A DNA stretch of 58,948 nt, counting the filler, from Sluysia triapertura (taxonomy: Eukaryota), in assembly GCA_046118255.1 (NCBI GenBank). It is 4 parts of 4 records of this genome, joined end to end, with 100 filler letters (N's around TTAATTAATTAA, not from the genome) between each part and the next. Parts side by side here need not be neighbours in the genome. Positions count along the whole stretch, not along the records: positions 1 to 12,253 come from JBJNIA010125300.1; positions 12,354 to 26,026 come from JBJNIA010026728.1; 2 more parts are not named here. One strand, 5' to 3'. The notes under the pieces are model-generated. The model did not search any database, was not told where the DNA came from, and worked only from the letters and a program-made list of their open reading frames with translations. A program made the translations under genes and the position numbers. This document shows positions 1 through 13,054 of the stretch, piece by piece (position 1 is the first letter of the stretch; each line of letters opens with the position of its first letter).

Positions 1-384
1 GTTACACATTTAGCTCCTGTAGCACACGAATGTCTAATACGAACTGGAAATCTTCTTCCAAACCACGATCAGTTTTTTGAATTTCTACCATATTCTCTCA
101 CACTGGATGATACAGCTTATCCGAATCCTAACTATCGATTCATCAATGTTTTTATCTATGCTGATGGGACGAACGGACTCTTGAGAGTTGTAATTTTATT
201 TTGTTTTAGATTTGTATATAATTTTATTTACAATTTACAATTTTCGTACAAATACAACAATATCGTTATCTATTTTCACTTTATAATGCTTAATGATCAA
301 AGATTTATTAATACTAATGAATTAAAAATAATAAATATTCATAATAAAACTCATTTAAATTTTTATGATAAACCACGGCTATTA

Positions 385-814
385 CCACAGGAATATTAAC
401 TTAATTTGTCAGCCTCATAACAGTCTATATTTTAATGTACTTGATTTAGGTCATTTCAATTTCATTCAGTCTATTCCATATAACAGTTCTCCGAAAAGTA
501 TTGACGATTTTATTGCCCTTGTTCAACGTGCTTGGGAGGATCATGCTGTCGAAAAATAACATATTTTCTTGACTTTTCAAAAAGCTGGAGGTAATAGTTA
601 ACTACTTGCACATATTGGAAACGAAGCATTGCGAAGAAATGATAAACATTAACCTGCAATTTGGAAGCAACTGAAACTGCTCGCAAGTATTGCGAGAAAT
701 GTAATAATACAATTTGTAATAAAATATTTTCATAAATAAAAAAGTTATCTAAACGAAAATGATGTTAATATATATTGTATATAAAACGAGAAAATCATTT
801 TTGAACAGAGGTAG
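385..814 (+). mobile_element. 3' remnant of a DD39D (plant-type) mariner transposon: decayed transposase C-terminus plus right TIR
   Basis: ORF 365-559 reads INLICQPHNSLYFNVLDLGHFNFIQSIPYNSSPKSIDDFIALVQRAW, matching the DD39D motif QPPNSPDxNVLDLGFFxxIQS. It continues, frameshifted, as NIF..KAGGNS..HIG. It ends in TTTTGAACAGAGGTAG followed by TA (reverse complement CTACCTCTGTTC), a Stowaway-type terminus. Confidence 0.8.
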
Positions 815-1611
815 TATTATTTAGTACCTTGTTGTTATTACATTTACGATACTTTTTCATTTTATCCACTCATTTTATCCACTCGTCCACTATTTCATTA
901 CATTTGTGTTTCTCATCCATTTATTCAAATTGATATTTATTAAAGTTCTAAAAATTCACGCGGCACTCTAATAAAATCTGTGGACTAGAAAGGGTTAGCA
1001 AATTATTATTAGGATATATCATGACGGTTATATTAAATGAAAGTGATTTCTATAAATATTTTATTGGTCTAATTCATGATTGGCCAACCTGGACTAATAA
1101 CAGTACCCAGAATATCACATATATATAAAGTATTGTTAAATACATAATTTCTAACTTGTATTAATATTTAATAAAAATGTATACCACATACATCGCCACA
1201 AAGTGCAGAATATGAAAAATTAAATATCAAATGAAAATATATCATCTTCCAGATATTCGACGTCTGAATAATAATCATTATCATTAAGAATCGAATCATC
1301 ATTGGATTGTACTTCTACTCTGATACAATACCGACATTAACGAGCAGTATCAACAAAACTTAATCATTCGAGTGTTTTTCATAATAGTTTGTGGATGTGT
1401 GTGTAGTTTTTCTGTCAAAAAAACCAATTTTGAAAGATTATTCTATAAACTTTATAAAATAATCGTTACTTTTCTCGACAGAAATTGAATTTATTTAAAA
1501 TTCAATTAATTATAATAGTTATTCGTAACTAAATTACCACGATTGTCCGACGTTGACCTACGAAACGTAGTGCAACTCGAAACAGTGAATAACAACATAA
1601 CCAGAACTAAC

Positions 1612-2350
1612 CTTGTGAAGTGGATTCTGGGATAATGCTTGAAATACCTAGCCAACATAACCAATAAATTCATCACAGATCCACAGTAATAGCACCACGG
1701 AGTGTAGTAAAAAACTATCAAATCTGAAGTTTGGTCTTTTAATTCTAATCTTAAAATATTGTATGTAATTGGATGAATCAGAACATCATTGTTGTTTATC
1801 GACCAATGAGGTTTAGTACAAGATGTATCAGATACAATATGATTGGTGAAATTACTGATCGATAATTCGTTCATTAATTTAGCTAAAATTAATTAAAAAT
1901 TGCTCTGAATAAACTTTTTAAGGTTTGATAAACAAATATTAAATTCGCGGAGTGGGAATTTATGAAATATGAAATGTGTTAACAAATTCGTCCTTTGCAT
2001 TCACTCTCATCTCAAAATTGTCAATATTTCATCTTTCAGATATAATTGGAAACAATGAACCTATGTAATGTAAATAGCTCAACTTTACAACTTAACTGGA
2101 GACACCAGGGAGTTATCTATCTTCAAGCACATCGAATAACAAAGAGAAATACTTGAATAGATTCGAAAAGATCATATCATAGAAAGATTATGATGCCACG
2201 AATATTTTCTCGGTCGAATGATTGAATAAAGAAGAATCAGAAGAACAATGTAGAGGAAGGACAGGACACACAATTTGAGTTGTGTTATCAGTTTTAAATG
2301 GGCGCAATTCTGGTCTAATGAATTATTCTACAAATGAATTGATAATAATA

Positions 2351-2387
<37 letters not shown>

Positions 2388-5300
2388 GTATTATTTATTA
2401 AGTCATTAGTTTATCTAATAATCAGAAACAAATTACAATGAATAATTTATTCATGTGGTAAATGAGATATACGTATCACCCACAAAAATAATATAAATAA
2501 TAGTTCAACAGCTTTTAAACATCCGCATTAGTTGAATGTCACCTCTGACAGAATTATTCTGATATTACAATCTTGTAAGCAGACCCTGACGAAGAACTAA
2601 ATTACAAATATAACTTCGACCAACCCTTCGTACAGATGAATAGATTTGGTAAGTTGATGATATAAACCCTCACTTAAATTTATTGACGCTGTTTTTCCGC
2701 TGGCTCAAGACAGTAATAAAACCATATTTTAAAATCGTTGAATTCTCGCATTAGGGAGTAATCCTTAATAGTAATATATACATATTGGGTTGGTGCACAA
2801 ATTCGTGCGGTTTTATTTGTTGCAAAGAAAACACACCTTCTTGTTTTAACTTATTTGAGATATTCATTCAGCTGAATTATCTATTTAAAACATTTTAGAC
2901 TAACTTTTACTTTCATTACCCGCATTAAAACGGAGTGTCAGGTAGATAAAAATGAACATTTCCGGCATCTGCTCCTTTTCTATTTTAATCAACATTTAAA
3001 CGCTGCAGAAGCCATCAGAATGATTTGTTGCGTTTATGGAGAAAAGGCAGTCAGTGAACGAAGAGCATAAAAGTAGTTTTCGAAATTTAACAGTGGAAAT
3101 TGTGATTTTAACAATGCACCTCTGTCAGGCCGACCTTATCACTTTGATAAAGACTGTTTGAACCAATTGATTCTTGATAATCCGCGTCAATCAACTCTTA
3201 AAAACGAAGAAGCAATAACAACGTGAATTGAAGAATTTTTCGTTCCAACATCACCAAACTTTTTCAAACGTGGGATTACAAACTTCGGTGGAAGGAAGTG
3301 ATCGATTGTGGCACAGAATATTTCACCGACTAAGACTGAGATATTTGTTTTTTTATAATGATTTTATAAATTAATTTTGTTATCTGAAATTTTTTGCATG
3401 GTTGTTATTCTTGATCAGTATGCATTTTTCATAATTGCAAAAAACACCACAAACTTATGCAACAACCCAATATATATGCAGGGTGACTGAAAAGCATCTC
3501 CCTATTATAAAATAACTGTACTTTATAATTTAAATATAATTTATACGCTTAATAAATATGAGAATAAATTATATTGCATGGACTTTATTTAAAATTCAAT
3601 ATGGGCACCATCATTCGCCATCAGTTTCTCAAGTCGACCAGGAATCATATCAAGTTCTTCCAAATTGAGTAAATTTGTTCTTTCAACCAACCCTAGACTT
3701 CTGGCTGGCCATTCGTGCGAACGACGACGACCTATCCATTTTCCAAAAAATTTATCATTCAGCCATTCACGAACAATGACAGTAAAAATGGCTCTTCACC
3801 ATCTTTGCACTTTAACAATGAATCTCAAAACTTCGTAACGTGCAGCTATCTGGGCATGTTTTTCTGATGTAAGACGTCCAACCATTTTTGTATGGTTTTG
3901 AAATTTCAAACAAATTAATTAAAATTAATTCACAAAAAAGATCTCTAAAAAGAAAACGAGAGTATAGATTAAACTGCCATAAGTAAGATATACACAAAAG
4001 TTGAGAAACATATTGCAGCATTCGAATTAAATTGTAGGTATTTTAAAATATGGAGCTGTTTTTCAGTCACCCTGTATAAATATGAGGTATACATGACAAT
4101 TCTAATACGTACTATATTCAGTTTAACATATTCCCAGTCAGTATCTTGTTTAATTATTTTTTGTGGAAAAGAAAGTTGAATCAGTGATAAACCCTCCGTT
4201 GTTAGTAGCATTAAACATAGTAGGATAAATGTGCTAATGATTGAATAACCTATAAAATATATCAATTCACAGATATTAGAAAGAATCAAAACAGAGCCCT
4301 CGCTACACTTAACATAAATCCTAGAATGTGTGCGAACACTTCGTATCGTAAATTCATTGTGTAAGGTTATTTAGAAGTAAAACACTCGGAATGTACAATT
4401 CCATTCACAACAAACAATCTGCATTATCTCCGAGAACAGCAATCATCCATTGTAGACTTGCACTAATTAAATTTAATGAACGTACTACATTAACGATACT
4501 CACTGATTTGGCCGTCCAATTTTCGTGGAACATCGATTTCATCGAACATTATTTTTAACTAATTTTGTCTCGTCTGATTTAAGCTGTTAAATATACTTAT
4601 TCAGCTAATTTTATATCGATCACAGATATTATTATCATTGTAAATACTGTGTGTTTATTGTGTGTGTTAAATATTGTGTGTTCTGTTAATAACTGTGACA
4701 TTAATAGTTTATTTTATTGATTTTTGTAAATACTGACATTAATAAATTATGAACATAATTTATTTTATTGATTTTGTAATTTATTTTATTGGAAATTATT
4801 ATTTGAAAATAATTTGGAAATTATAATAAATAAGGTAATGTTTAATATTAATATTTAAATCTAAAACTTTTAATTCGAATTTAATATTAATATTTAAATT
4901 TAAAACTTAATTTCTTTTATTTGATGAATATTTTGTTTAAATGCAATATTTAATTTTGGAAACACAAGGTCGATATGAATCATGTATAAATATCTCGACA
5001 TTTTCGTAAAAAAAACAAAAATTTAACAAATTTTGGAACCTGATTTACGGTTGACTTTTACCATAAAGGCGCAGCTCTGAGTTCAGATCGATCTTGATTT
5101 TTCAACATTATTATTATTATTAAAAATTGTAACGTTAGTTTACTTTATTTTAAGGTTTAGATATCCAAGAGATATCATCTCAAAATACACTCAAATTATT
5201 TAATAATTATTTGGATCTTATAATAGATCCTCGCAAAATCTTTCAGTAAAATCCCATTTACATAAGAATTATCAAGAATAATTCCTTCGTAAAATATTTA

Positions 5301-5691
5301 ATTTTTATTCAAATTTGTAAAATTTATTTTTTCTTTCATTGTTTAATAAAATTTCTATCAAGTTATTGTTATTATTAAATTAAATAGATTTAAATATAAA
5401 ATGTACACTTCAGAAAGATTTCCTTTGTTAGATTTTAATCGTAAACTATCTATTAAAGATCCTTTATTTTTAAATATTTAATTTATATACCTCCAGACCT
5501 TCTAAAAGATTTGAAAAAGTAATAATAATAATAAAATCAAACAAAGATTTCAGCTAAAGCTACATTTTAGGCGATTCTTTCTACCTTTTACTTTTATCTA
5601 CAAATCCAACGGTTGGTCCTAACTGGTACGCTGGTGGACTCGCGTTAAATTTTTGTTTTATCTTATAAGTTTTTACTTTAAATTCTCACAC

Positions 5692-5745
<54 letters not shown>

Positions 5746-8700
5746 CAATTTCAATACAAGGATTTATGCTATTGTATATATAATTGTTATATTTCATTAT
5801 AAATTATTATATTCTTATAAAAAATTAACGATTAATTAATAAATAGTTAATTAATATTATAATATTTTAGAAAATAATTATAGAAAGTCATCAGCAAGTG
5901 AATAGCACCTTTTAAAGTCAAGATCATTGAAAAAATGTATATGTATACTCAATGAACTCACATATAAAAAACACGCGAAACTTAAAAAACTTAATAATCG
6001 ATAGTGGTTCAAGCATTTTTATTGTTTTTATTATTTTTCTGTCGATTGTCTTATTTGCTAATTGTCATAAGAATATCATTTTTTAATGGTGCTAGATCTC
6101 GTTTAAATCTAGTTGTACATAAATTTGATTCAAGTTTATAAATCGTCTGTTTCATTATTACAATTCAAATAATAACCAAGTAAAGTAAATGTGATTAAAT
6201 TCCTTAGCGATGTTGTCGTGTATATTATCCGTACATGTTAACTTGCATGACTATTGTTTATGTCCAAAAATTTCGTCTATGTTTATTATTATATTTATTG
6301 TAAAGTGATATTTTATTTGTAGTAAATATATTTTGATAAAGTCAACCTAACATTGTCAATTACAATTTGTAATGGAAGCAAATTTATTCAACACGAATAT
6401 TAAATTGAAATTGATTTTTATATAAATACCGACTCTACGATTCGATAGAAAAATCAGTTTTAATTGGGAACGAATTTAAAATGTTGAAATATAATCTTTC
6501 CTATCAATCAATTATGAAGTCTTTAAAAATTACGAGTAGTTACGAATAATCAATTAATTCAATTGGATTCTCGAAAAATAAGTAAAATGTATAACTTCAT
6601 TAGGCCTCATTATTGCGCCTCAATCCTGCAAACTACTCCCTACGTGTGTAAGTCTAGAATCGTTGGCGGACTTCCTGCTTTAAAATAATACTACCTCCGT
6701 TCAAAAATGATTGTCTTGTTAGTTTTATATACAATGTATATTAACATCAATTTCGCTTTAGACAACTTTTTATTAATGAAAATATTTTATTACAAATTAT
6801 ATTATCAAATATCTCGCAATACATTGTGAGCAGTTACAATTGCTTCCAAATTTCATATTACTTGTTCCTTTTGGCAATTTCCTATTGTTAGATACTACCA
6901 GAACTGTTTGCATTTCTCTCCTCGTCACTTAAATTTCTGTACTTGACTCCAGAACATTTGTGATTTCTATGATTTAAAACTATTTGGAGTAAAATGAAAG
7001 TAGCAGCGAGTTATTTGTTGATATGCAGCCAAAAATTACAAATTTCAGAAATTGCTAGTTATTTATAAAATTATTATAATTACTGAACAATTATTTTATG
7101 ATTGTTTATAAAAAAATGACTTATTGTCATCTTATATATTGTTAAGTTAGCAACAAATGTCAAATGAGACAATCATATTTGAACATAGAAGTAGTATTAT
7201 TTTATTGAGTGGTTCAAATTTTATTACATAAAAACACTCATTATTATTATTATTATTATTTATTATTTGATTTTATTAATCAATTAGACTTACACAAAGA
7301 ATCCACAGTTATTTCTGACACGTGATGCATTCTCTCATTCTGGAAATATAAAATATTCTTTAATGTCACGAAATACAATACAGAATCAGCGCCTCCATTC
7401 TACTAGCCCTTTAAATGGAACTGGATGGAAGAAAAATCTATCAATGTTAATATGGCCAACGTCTCTCATATTTCGTTAATTGGTTTCAAATTTGAAACAG
7501 TATTTGCCATAGAAATCTAAAAGAAAAGATTGATTTCTGGAAGCATTTCATGACATATGAATTTAAAATAAGAAAATCTATTAATTTTCGTGTAGAACAA
7601 TGTTTTAGTACACTTCTCTACAGCTGTCAGCAACAGCTGCGGAAATTATACTTATTTTAAAATTTAAACTTATTGCAAGTTTAATTAAAGCAATGAAAAA
7701 GTTTATTCATCATTAATCATTGAAATAAGCTTGAAATAATCATTGAAATAGGCATTATTTCCCTCTCATTCATTCGAATAAGTAAAACATTTCGAACACA
7801 CATGCATTCTGGAAAACCTTTTCATTTTAACAATCTCAATGACAAATGCTGATTTTCAATAAGCTAAATGTAATTCTTATCATTGTAGATTTTCTTTATT
7901 TAATGTGTCATCTTTCACTAACCTTCCAATCAATGACTAATACAGACGACGAACTGGTAATGGAATGTGGAGTAGGAAGATTGAGCTGCTTCAAGAACTG
8001 AGGGTAGTTGGATTTACTGAGAGACATGAAATTCAGAGATCGATTAAAAGACATGGGAAGGCTCCAATCTTCCTGGATTAACGAAGTATTTATTCTGTTA
8101 ATCGCATCGATAAAATCGATTTTGATGCAGCTATCTGAATACAAGTGATATATGGATTATCAGTAGCGCTGTGAACAAATTACTGGTCATCTTGTATTTC
8201 CTTACAAGGATTTTCAATTATTATTATACAATCTCGAAGTTCCCATTGACTTTTCTGATTCATTAATTTGTAAAATTCATATACTCTGTATCAATTGTTT
8301 TAATAATATTTAACTTTCTTTGTTTGGCTGCAGGCTTAAAGTGCCATAGAATAATGATAAAGTATATTTGACTATGTAAATATTATTTTGTATTACTTTA
8401 TAAAATTATTTGATAAAAAATTGTATTATTTTGTAAAATTGTTTCATAATGTAAATATTAGTTTGTAAAATAAAAACAGTTTTAATTTATTAGAAAAAAC
8501 GTCTTATAAATAAATTAATTTAATTTAAGATTTAATGATTATTTTTAAACAAAAACAAATTTTTTATGATATTATTAAGAAGTATTAAAAAATTCTTTAT
8601 ATCTAGTTTATGTGATTTTTATATTTATTTGATAACTGTAAAATAATAAAAGTCGGCCTTCTAAAAAACTATAAAAAGGTGTTGAATGTATTAAAAGTAC

Positions 8701-11700
8701 ACAACAAAAAACTTTAAAAATCTTATAAGATATATCGTTAGAATATGTGTCAGGATAATTTTGATTTGAACAAAGGACCGATTCGATTATTACAATTTAA
8801 ATAAAGGATTGATTTGATTATTTGGACAAAGGATCGATTTAGTTGTTACACAATAATTTAGAATCGAAGATCGCTGTAAATTTTGGATATTAATTTGGAA
8901 AGACTGAATTGAATAAGCATTTTTTGGATTTATTTTGTTCACGTAAGTTGATAATTATTAAGGAGTGCTAAAATATTTTCAGCATCAATTTTTCACTTAA
9001 AATTATTTTAATCAGGCTTAATTGTTTTCTAAAATCAAAATAAATAAAGATATATTTCTTTATTTTTAAACTGAATATCTTTTATTTTGTTCTTATTATA
9101 TTCATTTATTATACCTATTTGTAAAACTACAATTTACTGAATAAAATTTCGTCTTTTGTGTATCTTTAATCATTTATTAAGTTCAAGAAAAGTTAATTAG
9201 AAAAATTACATTGGTAACATAAAAAATTTGAAGAGAAATTTAATAGATAAATTGAATTAAATTGTCAAAGCAATTAAGATAAATTAAATTAAAAAACTTC
9301 CAGAGTTCAGTTGATTTTTAGAATTCAGATAACATTGATTGTAAGAAAATTAGTGACCTTCCATTTGATTTTTAAGAAAGCTTTAAATTAGTTTTAGTAA
9401 CATCTGTAATTGCGTCCTCGTTCAGACATAAATGGCAATATACAGACGGACCCTATCATAATAAAATTTTTCATAATTGTTGATTTTTAAGAAGAAATCG
9501 TACAACTATAATAAAACAAAATTGTTACACGGGGTTGATAGCTCAGTAGCCCGATAATCGAACTGCACAGCTGTGAAGCGAGAATGTCCTGGGTTCGATT
9601 CCCGGTCAGTCCATTTTATGAATTCTAACAATATCTCTTTTAAGCGTGCCACTTCTATCGATGATCGACCATACAATAGGATCGATAATAGTCCTTCAGC
9701 ATCTTCCACACACTTTCTGCTAAATTCAGATCGCAAAATCGCACATGCCAATGCTTCTGCAGTCAATGTTTCATAATTTTGGAGATGTCAATTTCTAAGT
9801 ATTCGTAACATCATAATTCAGACTATTATATTTCCACCTCATTTGAAACACTTGCAAACAATGAATTATTTCCAATCGATAGTTGCAACCTTCAGAACTA
9901 TCCAATGAAAAGCATTTTTCATCGGAGAACTGTATGATTTTCTACGAGTCATTATTCTGTGAAGTTAGAGAAGAGCCGCGAGATCTTCAAGAGTGTCGCC
10001 ACTACTCACACTAGAAAACTGTGCAGTGCTCATGACTACTGTTACATCTTTATCTACGAGTTTCAATACTACTACTCGGCAATTTGCAGTTTGCATACAG
10101 CAACTTATTTAATTGCATTCACATGAGTAATATCACAATAATTCTTTTAAATTTATCTTGTTGTGTTTGTGTCCTGCCACATTTTATTGCTACTAAAAAG
10201 TGAGGCGAGACAATAAAAGGTTAAAGGATTCATATTTGTGAAAACCAACCATGTAAATCGATCTCTTATCAATTATTTTGTAGCTTTAACCTTGCTTATT
10301 CTCCTTTAAAATTGAAAATTGTCCGTTTACTTTTCATTCATCGTTTTTTGATGTACAACCATTATTTTCTGACAATATCTATTGCAGACAAGTTCACTTC
10401 ATTCGCTCTTAAATTGCAACTTAATTCACTGTATGATTGTGATATATTTAATTTATGGCATCTTCCCATCCATTATTATTGGTTAAATAAGCAGGACGAC
10501 CTTGGACTATATACGCTCACTAGTTTTGCGTTCTATTTTAGATTTAGATTTCTTAGAAAGGACACAAAGAAATAGCAGACATAATCAATTAATTTGGATT
10601 TAGGAGTCATCTACTGTTGAGAACAATATGTGGTCCAAGAGAAGATGCATGGTTTGTTAGATCCAGCATCGTCAGTGTCAATGAGGAGTAAAACTATTAT
10701 TGACAGACAACAATTATTAAGGTTAAAGATGATATTCAAAGATTACAATTTTTAGTTTTTATGAATGGATAAAGTAAAAATAGCATAAGATTTTTGCATA
10801 TGCTTCGAAGAATTGAACATTTTAAAAGATAATTTATTTTTTCGTCTAAATTCTGAGGTGCGGGCCTAAAGTGTCAATAAACATTGTATAATTGATTGTA
10901 ATGGAAATAAATTATGAGTGGTTGATAGCTTAGAAGTGAGCAAGGAAGGTTTGGTTTGAATTCAAGTCAGTCTTTTCTGAAATCTAACATTTGGTGGCAA
11001 ATCCATTGGTAATTTAATAACTGACAGAGCTAAATTTACATTTCCGTGCTTCTTTACTGAAAAAGATATTGAATGACAATATTAAATAGCTGAAATTTTG
11101 TATACTTTGTGAGGAACCCAGATATTACTATGCAACTTGAAATACGTACCTTTATTTGGAACACCTTGGTCACACATGGGATAAAACTGAATTTTGTCGA
11201 GATAAGTGCGTATGATCTGGCTTGACTTGACCGTCCACTTGGATCGGCAATCCTCAGGTTGTGTGTTGAAGTGCTTCTTACAGTAACTGTAAATGTGGGA
11301 CAGCATTTCAAACTGAATTTATCAATAAAATCTAGTTATTTATCAAAATTTCATTAAAATTCAATAATTCTACCCGCACCTTTATCTTTGTCTACTTCGT
11401 TTTCGTTTTCGAATCATTTATATCCTTCGCTTTTATAAAAATTTAATATTTTGCATTATTTCGTTCGGACAATGAAAACATCCATTAATCGATATCATTT
11501 TTACCTTATCCAAGAGTTTTCTTCGCACATAAGCCTTAATCACTTCAAAGTACGGCTTTTAAAGTACAGATCCATAGGAAATCTTACAACCGACTTTTAG
11601 GTTTGTCCCTTTTATAAGACTTTTTTTCATCTTTTCTTTAATTCTCACTATAATTGTTTCTAACATAATGAACATTTGCTATTAGTTGATATTTGCTATT

Positions 11701-12058
11701 AGTTTTGTAAAACAAAGATCATTCATTAAGTCGTTCTTATCCTAATCATTTCGATGAAGAATTTAAGAAGTATATTCACTTATTTTAACAACTGTCAAAA
11801 AGTGGATATTCGATCCAAAATAACAAATACAGAACTTACCAGAAGTCGACCTTGCACATTTTCCTCATTGAACTGTACAGCTTCGTCGCTATAAAGATAA
11901 ATCAATACCACACCACGCTTCATAAATGACTGCAGATAGTTTGACTTTGTACCAAGACTGAGAAACTGCCGAACACTAATCGTTTTCAGATTCAATATTC
12001 GATGAGTTTCTAAGAATTCTAACACATCTCTAGCCACCATGGATCCGCGATAAAATGT
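1612..12058 (-). CDS. TXNDC11: Thioredoxin domain-containing protein 11-like (TXNDC11/EFP1), partial. Exons 12058-11840, 11312-11150, 8134-7923, 7339-7294, 1882-1612
   Basis: All five exons have AG/GT boundaries and join in phase (0,1,0,1). Motifs resemble TXNDC11 as I recall it: GTKSNYLQSFMKRGVVLIYL (cf. [20 protein letters not shown]), NRSLNFMSL...VLVIDWK-NERMH, and the Trx domain DLIVFYYTPWCYYC...LARYF...FTR. The 5' exons lie beyond the contig spacer and the 3' exons were not found in the window. Further small exons are possible. Confidence 0.75.
2785..3470 (+). mobile_element. Internally deleted mariner (DD34D) element
   Basis: Imperfect TIRs TTGGGTTGGTGCACAAATTCGTGCGG ... CACCACAAACTTATGCAACAACCCAA with TA on both sides. 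About 2930-3200 translates ECQVDKNEHFRHLLLFYFNQ..AAEAIRMICCVYGEKAVSER...SGRP (mariner HTH, with stops), fused to the C-terminal FFKRGI...WKEVIDCGTEYFTD*. Confidence 0.9.
3479..4074 (-). mobile_element. Internally deleted Tc1/mariner-superfamily element (CAGGGTG termini; maT/Tc3-like transposase)
   Basis: Perfect 15-bp TIR CAGGGTGACTGAAAA / TTTTCAGTCACCCTG with TA on the right. The minus strand at about 3690-3775 reads VREWLNDKFFGKWIGRRRSHEWPARS, the WIGR..WPARSPDL catalytic-domain motif. Confidence 0.85.
6691..7194. mobile_element. Stowaway-like MITE (non-autonomous DD39D derivative)
   Basis: TA-CTACCTCCGTTCAAAAATGATTGTCT ... AGACAATCATATTTGAACATAGAAGTAG-TA. The first ~150 nt are the diverged reverse complement of ~660-814. 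Confidence 0.8.
9531..9630 (+). mobile_element. tRNA-derived SINE head / tRNA pseudogene
   Basis: A-box TAGCTCAGTAG, B-box GGTTCGATTCC, acceptor-like stem GGGTTGA/TCAGTCC and T-arm CTGGG/CCCGG. The D and anticodon arms are non-canonical. Related copies lie at 41252-41316 (-) and 10920-10989 (+). Confidence 0.7.
10920..10989 (+). mobile_element. Degenerate copy of the tRNA-derived SINE head
   Basis: GGTTGATAGCTTAG...GGTTTGAATTCAAGTCAGTCTTTTCTGAAATCTAACA aligns by eye to both ends of 9531-9630. Confidence 0.5.
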
Positions 12059-12137
12059 CTAAATAGAAAATGGTATTTAATAGTGACAATAACAATTAAA
12101 TGAGATACCTATATTATTGACAAATGACAAAGTATTT

Positions 12138-12253
12138 ACTACTACTACTACCACTACTATTGTTATTACTACTGCGACTACCACTACTATTGCTATTACT
12201 ACTACGACTACCACTACTACTGCTATTACTACTACTACTACTACCACTACTAC
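12138..12253. repeat. Degenerate (ACT)n microsatellite at contig end
   Basis: Direct reading; it runs into the N spacer. Confidence 0.9.
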
Positions 12254-12353
12254 NNNNNNNNNNNNNNNNNNNNNNNNNNNNNNNNNNNNNNNNNNNNTTA
12301 ATTAATTAANNNNNNNNNNNNNNNNNNNNNNNNNNNNNNNNNNNNNNNNNNNN
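12254..12353. other. Artificial contig spacer N44-TTAATTAATTAA-N44
   Basis: Exactly 100 nt with a six-frame stop linker; the same structure occurs three times. Confidence 0.95.
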
Positions 12354-13054
12354 TTCGTTTTTTCTTACATATTTCACTCTTCCAATGACGGCTATGTGTG
12401 TATCTTATGCACAAAGGTCCATCTTAAAGACATACATTTTGGTTTCCAAATTGTTTTATTAATTCAAAGATATTCATGATTTCCTTAACGTGAGCATTTA
12501 CAGATTACTATCATGATTTTGAATTCTACTCTTATTTTTATTGGTAACACGTGTAATTCATTTAGAAAACATGTTACAATGACATCATCTTCGTATTTTG
12601 AAAATTATTCAGTAGTACGAAATTGAGTAATACAAACTTGTAATAAATTTTCTAATATTCGATAATATTCGATAATTCGATACTTACAATATTTTCTTCC
12701 AAGTTCATAAAAATATGAATTTTGATTGTTAAAATAATTTGTGTATTTTAAAGGGACTATTTAAATAAAGTGAATAAAGATAGAAAATGTCTCTAATACA
12801 CTTATGTAATTTTCGATTTTGCTCTTGTACAATAAGAAAATCGCGGAGACCCTTGTATAGCACCGGAAAACACCTATTTATTTATATGCACAATTTCCTA
12901 TTGGTTGCCATCTCGTAAAACTCAGTTTCACACAACACAATATAGGAAAAATATTTTTAAAAAGATAATTTGAAAACAAATATATCATAACTTCATGTAT
13001 TTTATCGATTATTAATTTTCTTAATATTGACATAATAACAAAAGAATATGAAAC

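Noticed and set aside
8206-8254. Possible extra TXNDC11-like exon (also 11505-11555 and ~9890-9956)
   Set aside because: GT-AG boundaries exist, but the flanking exons already join in phase and I see no recognisable homology.
9531-9613. Functional tRNA gene
   Set aside because: The D and anticodon arms cannot be formed canonically, and diverged dispersed copies indicate a repeat.
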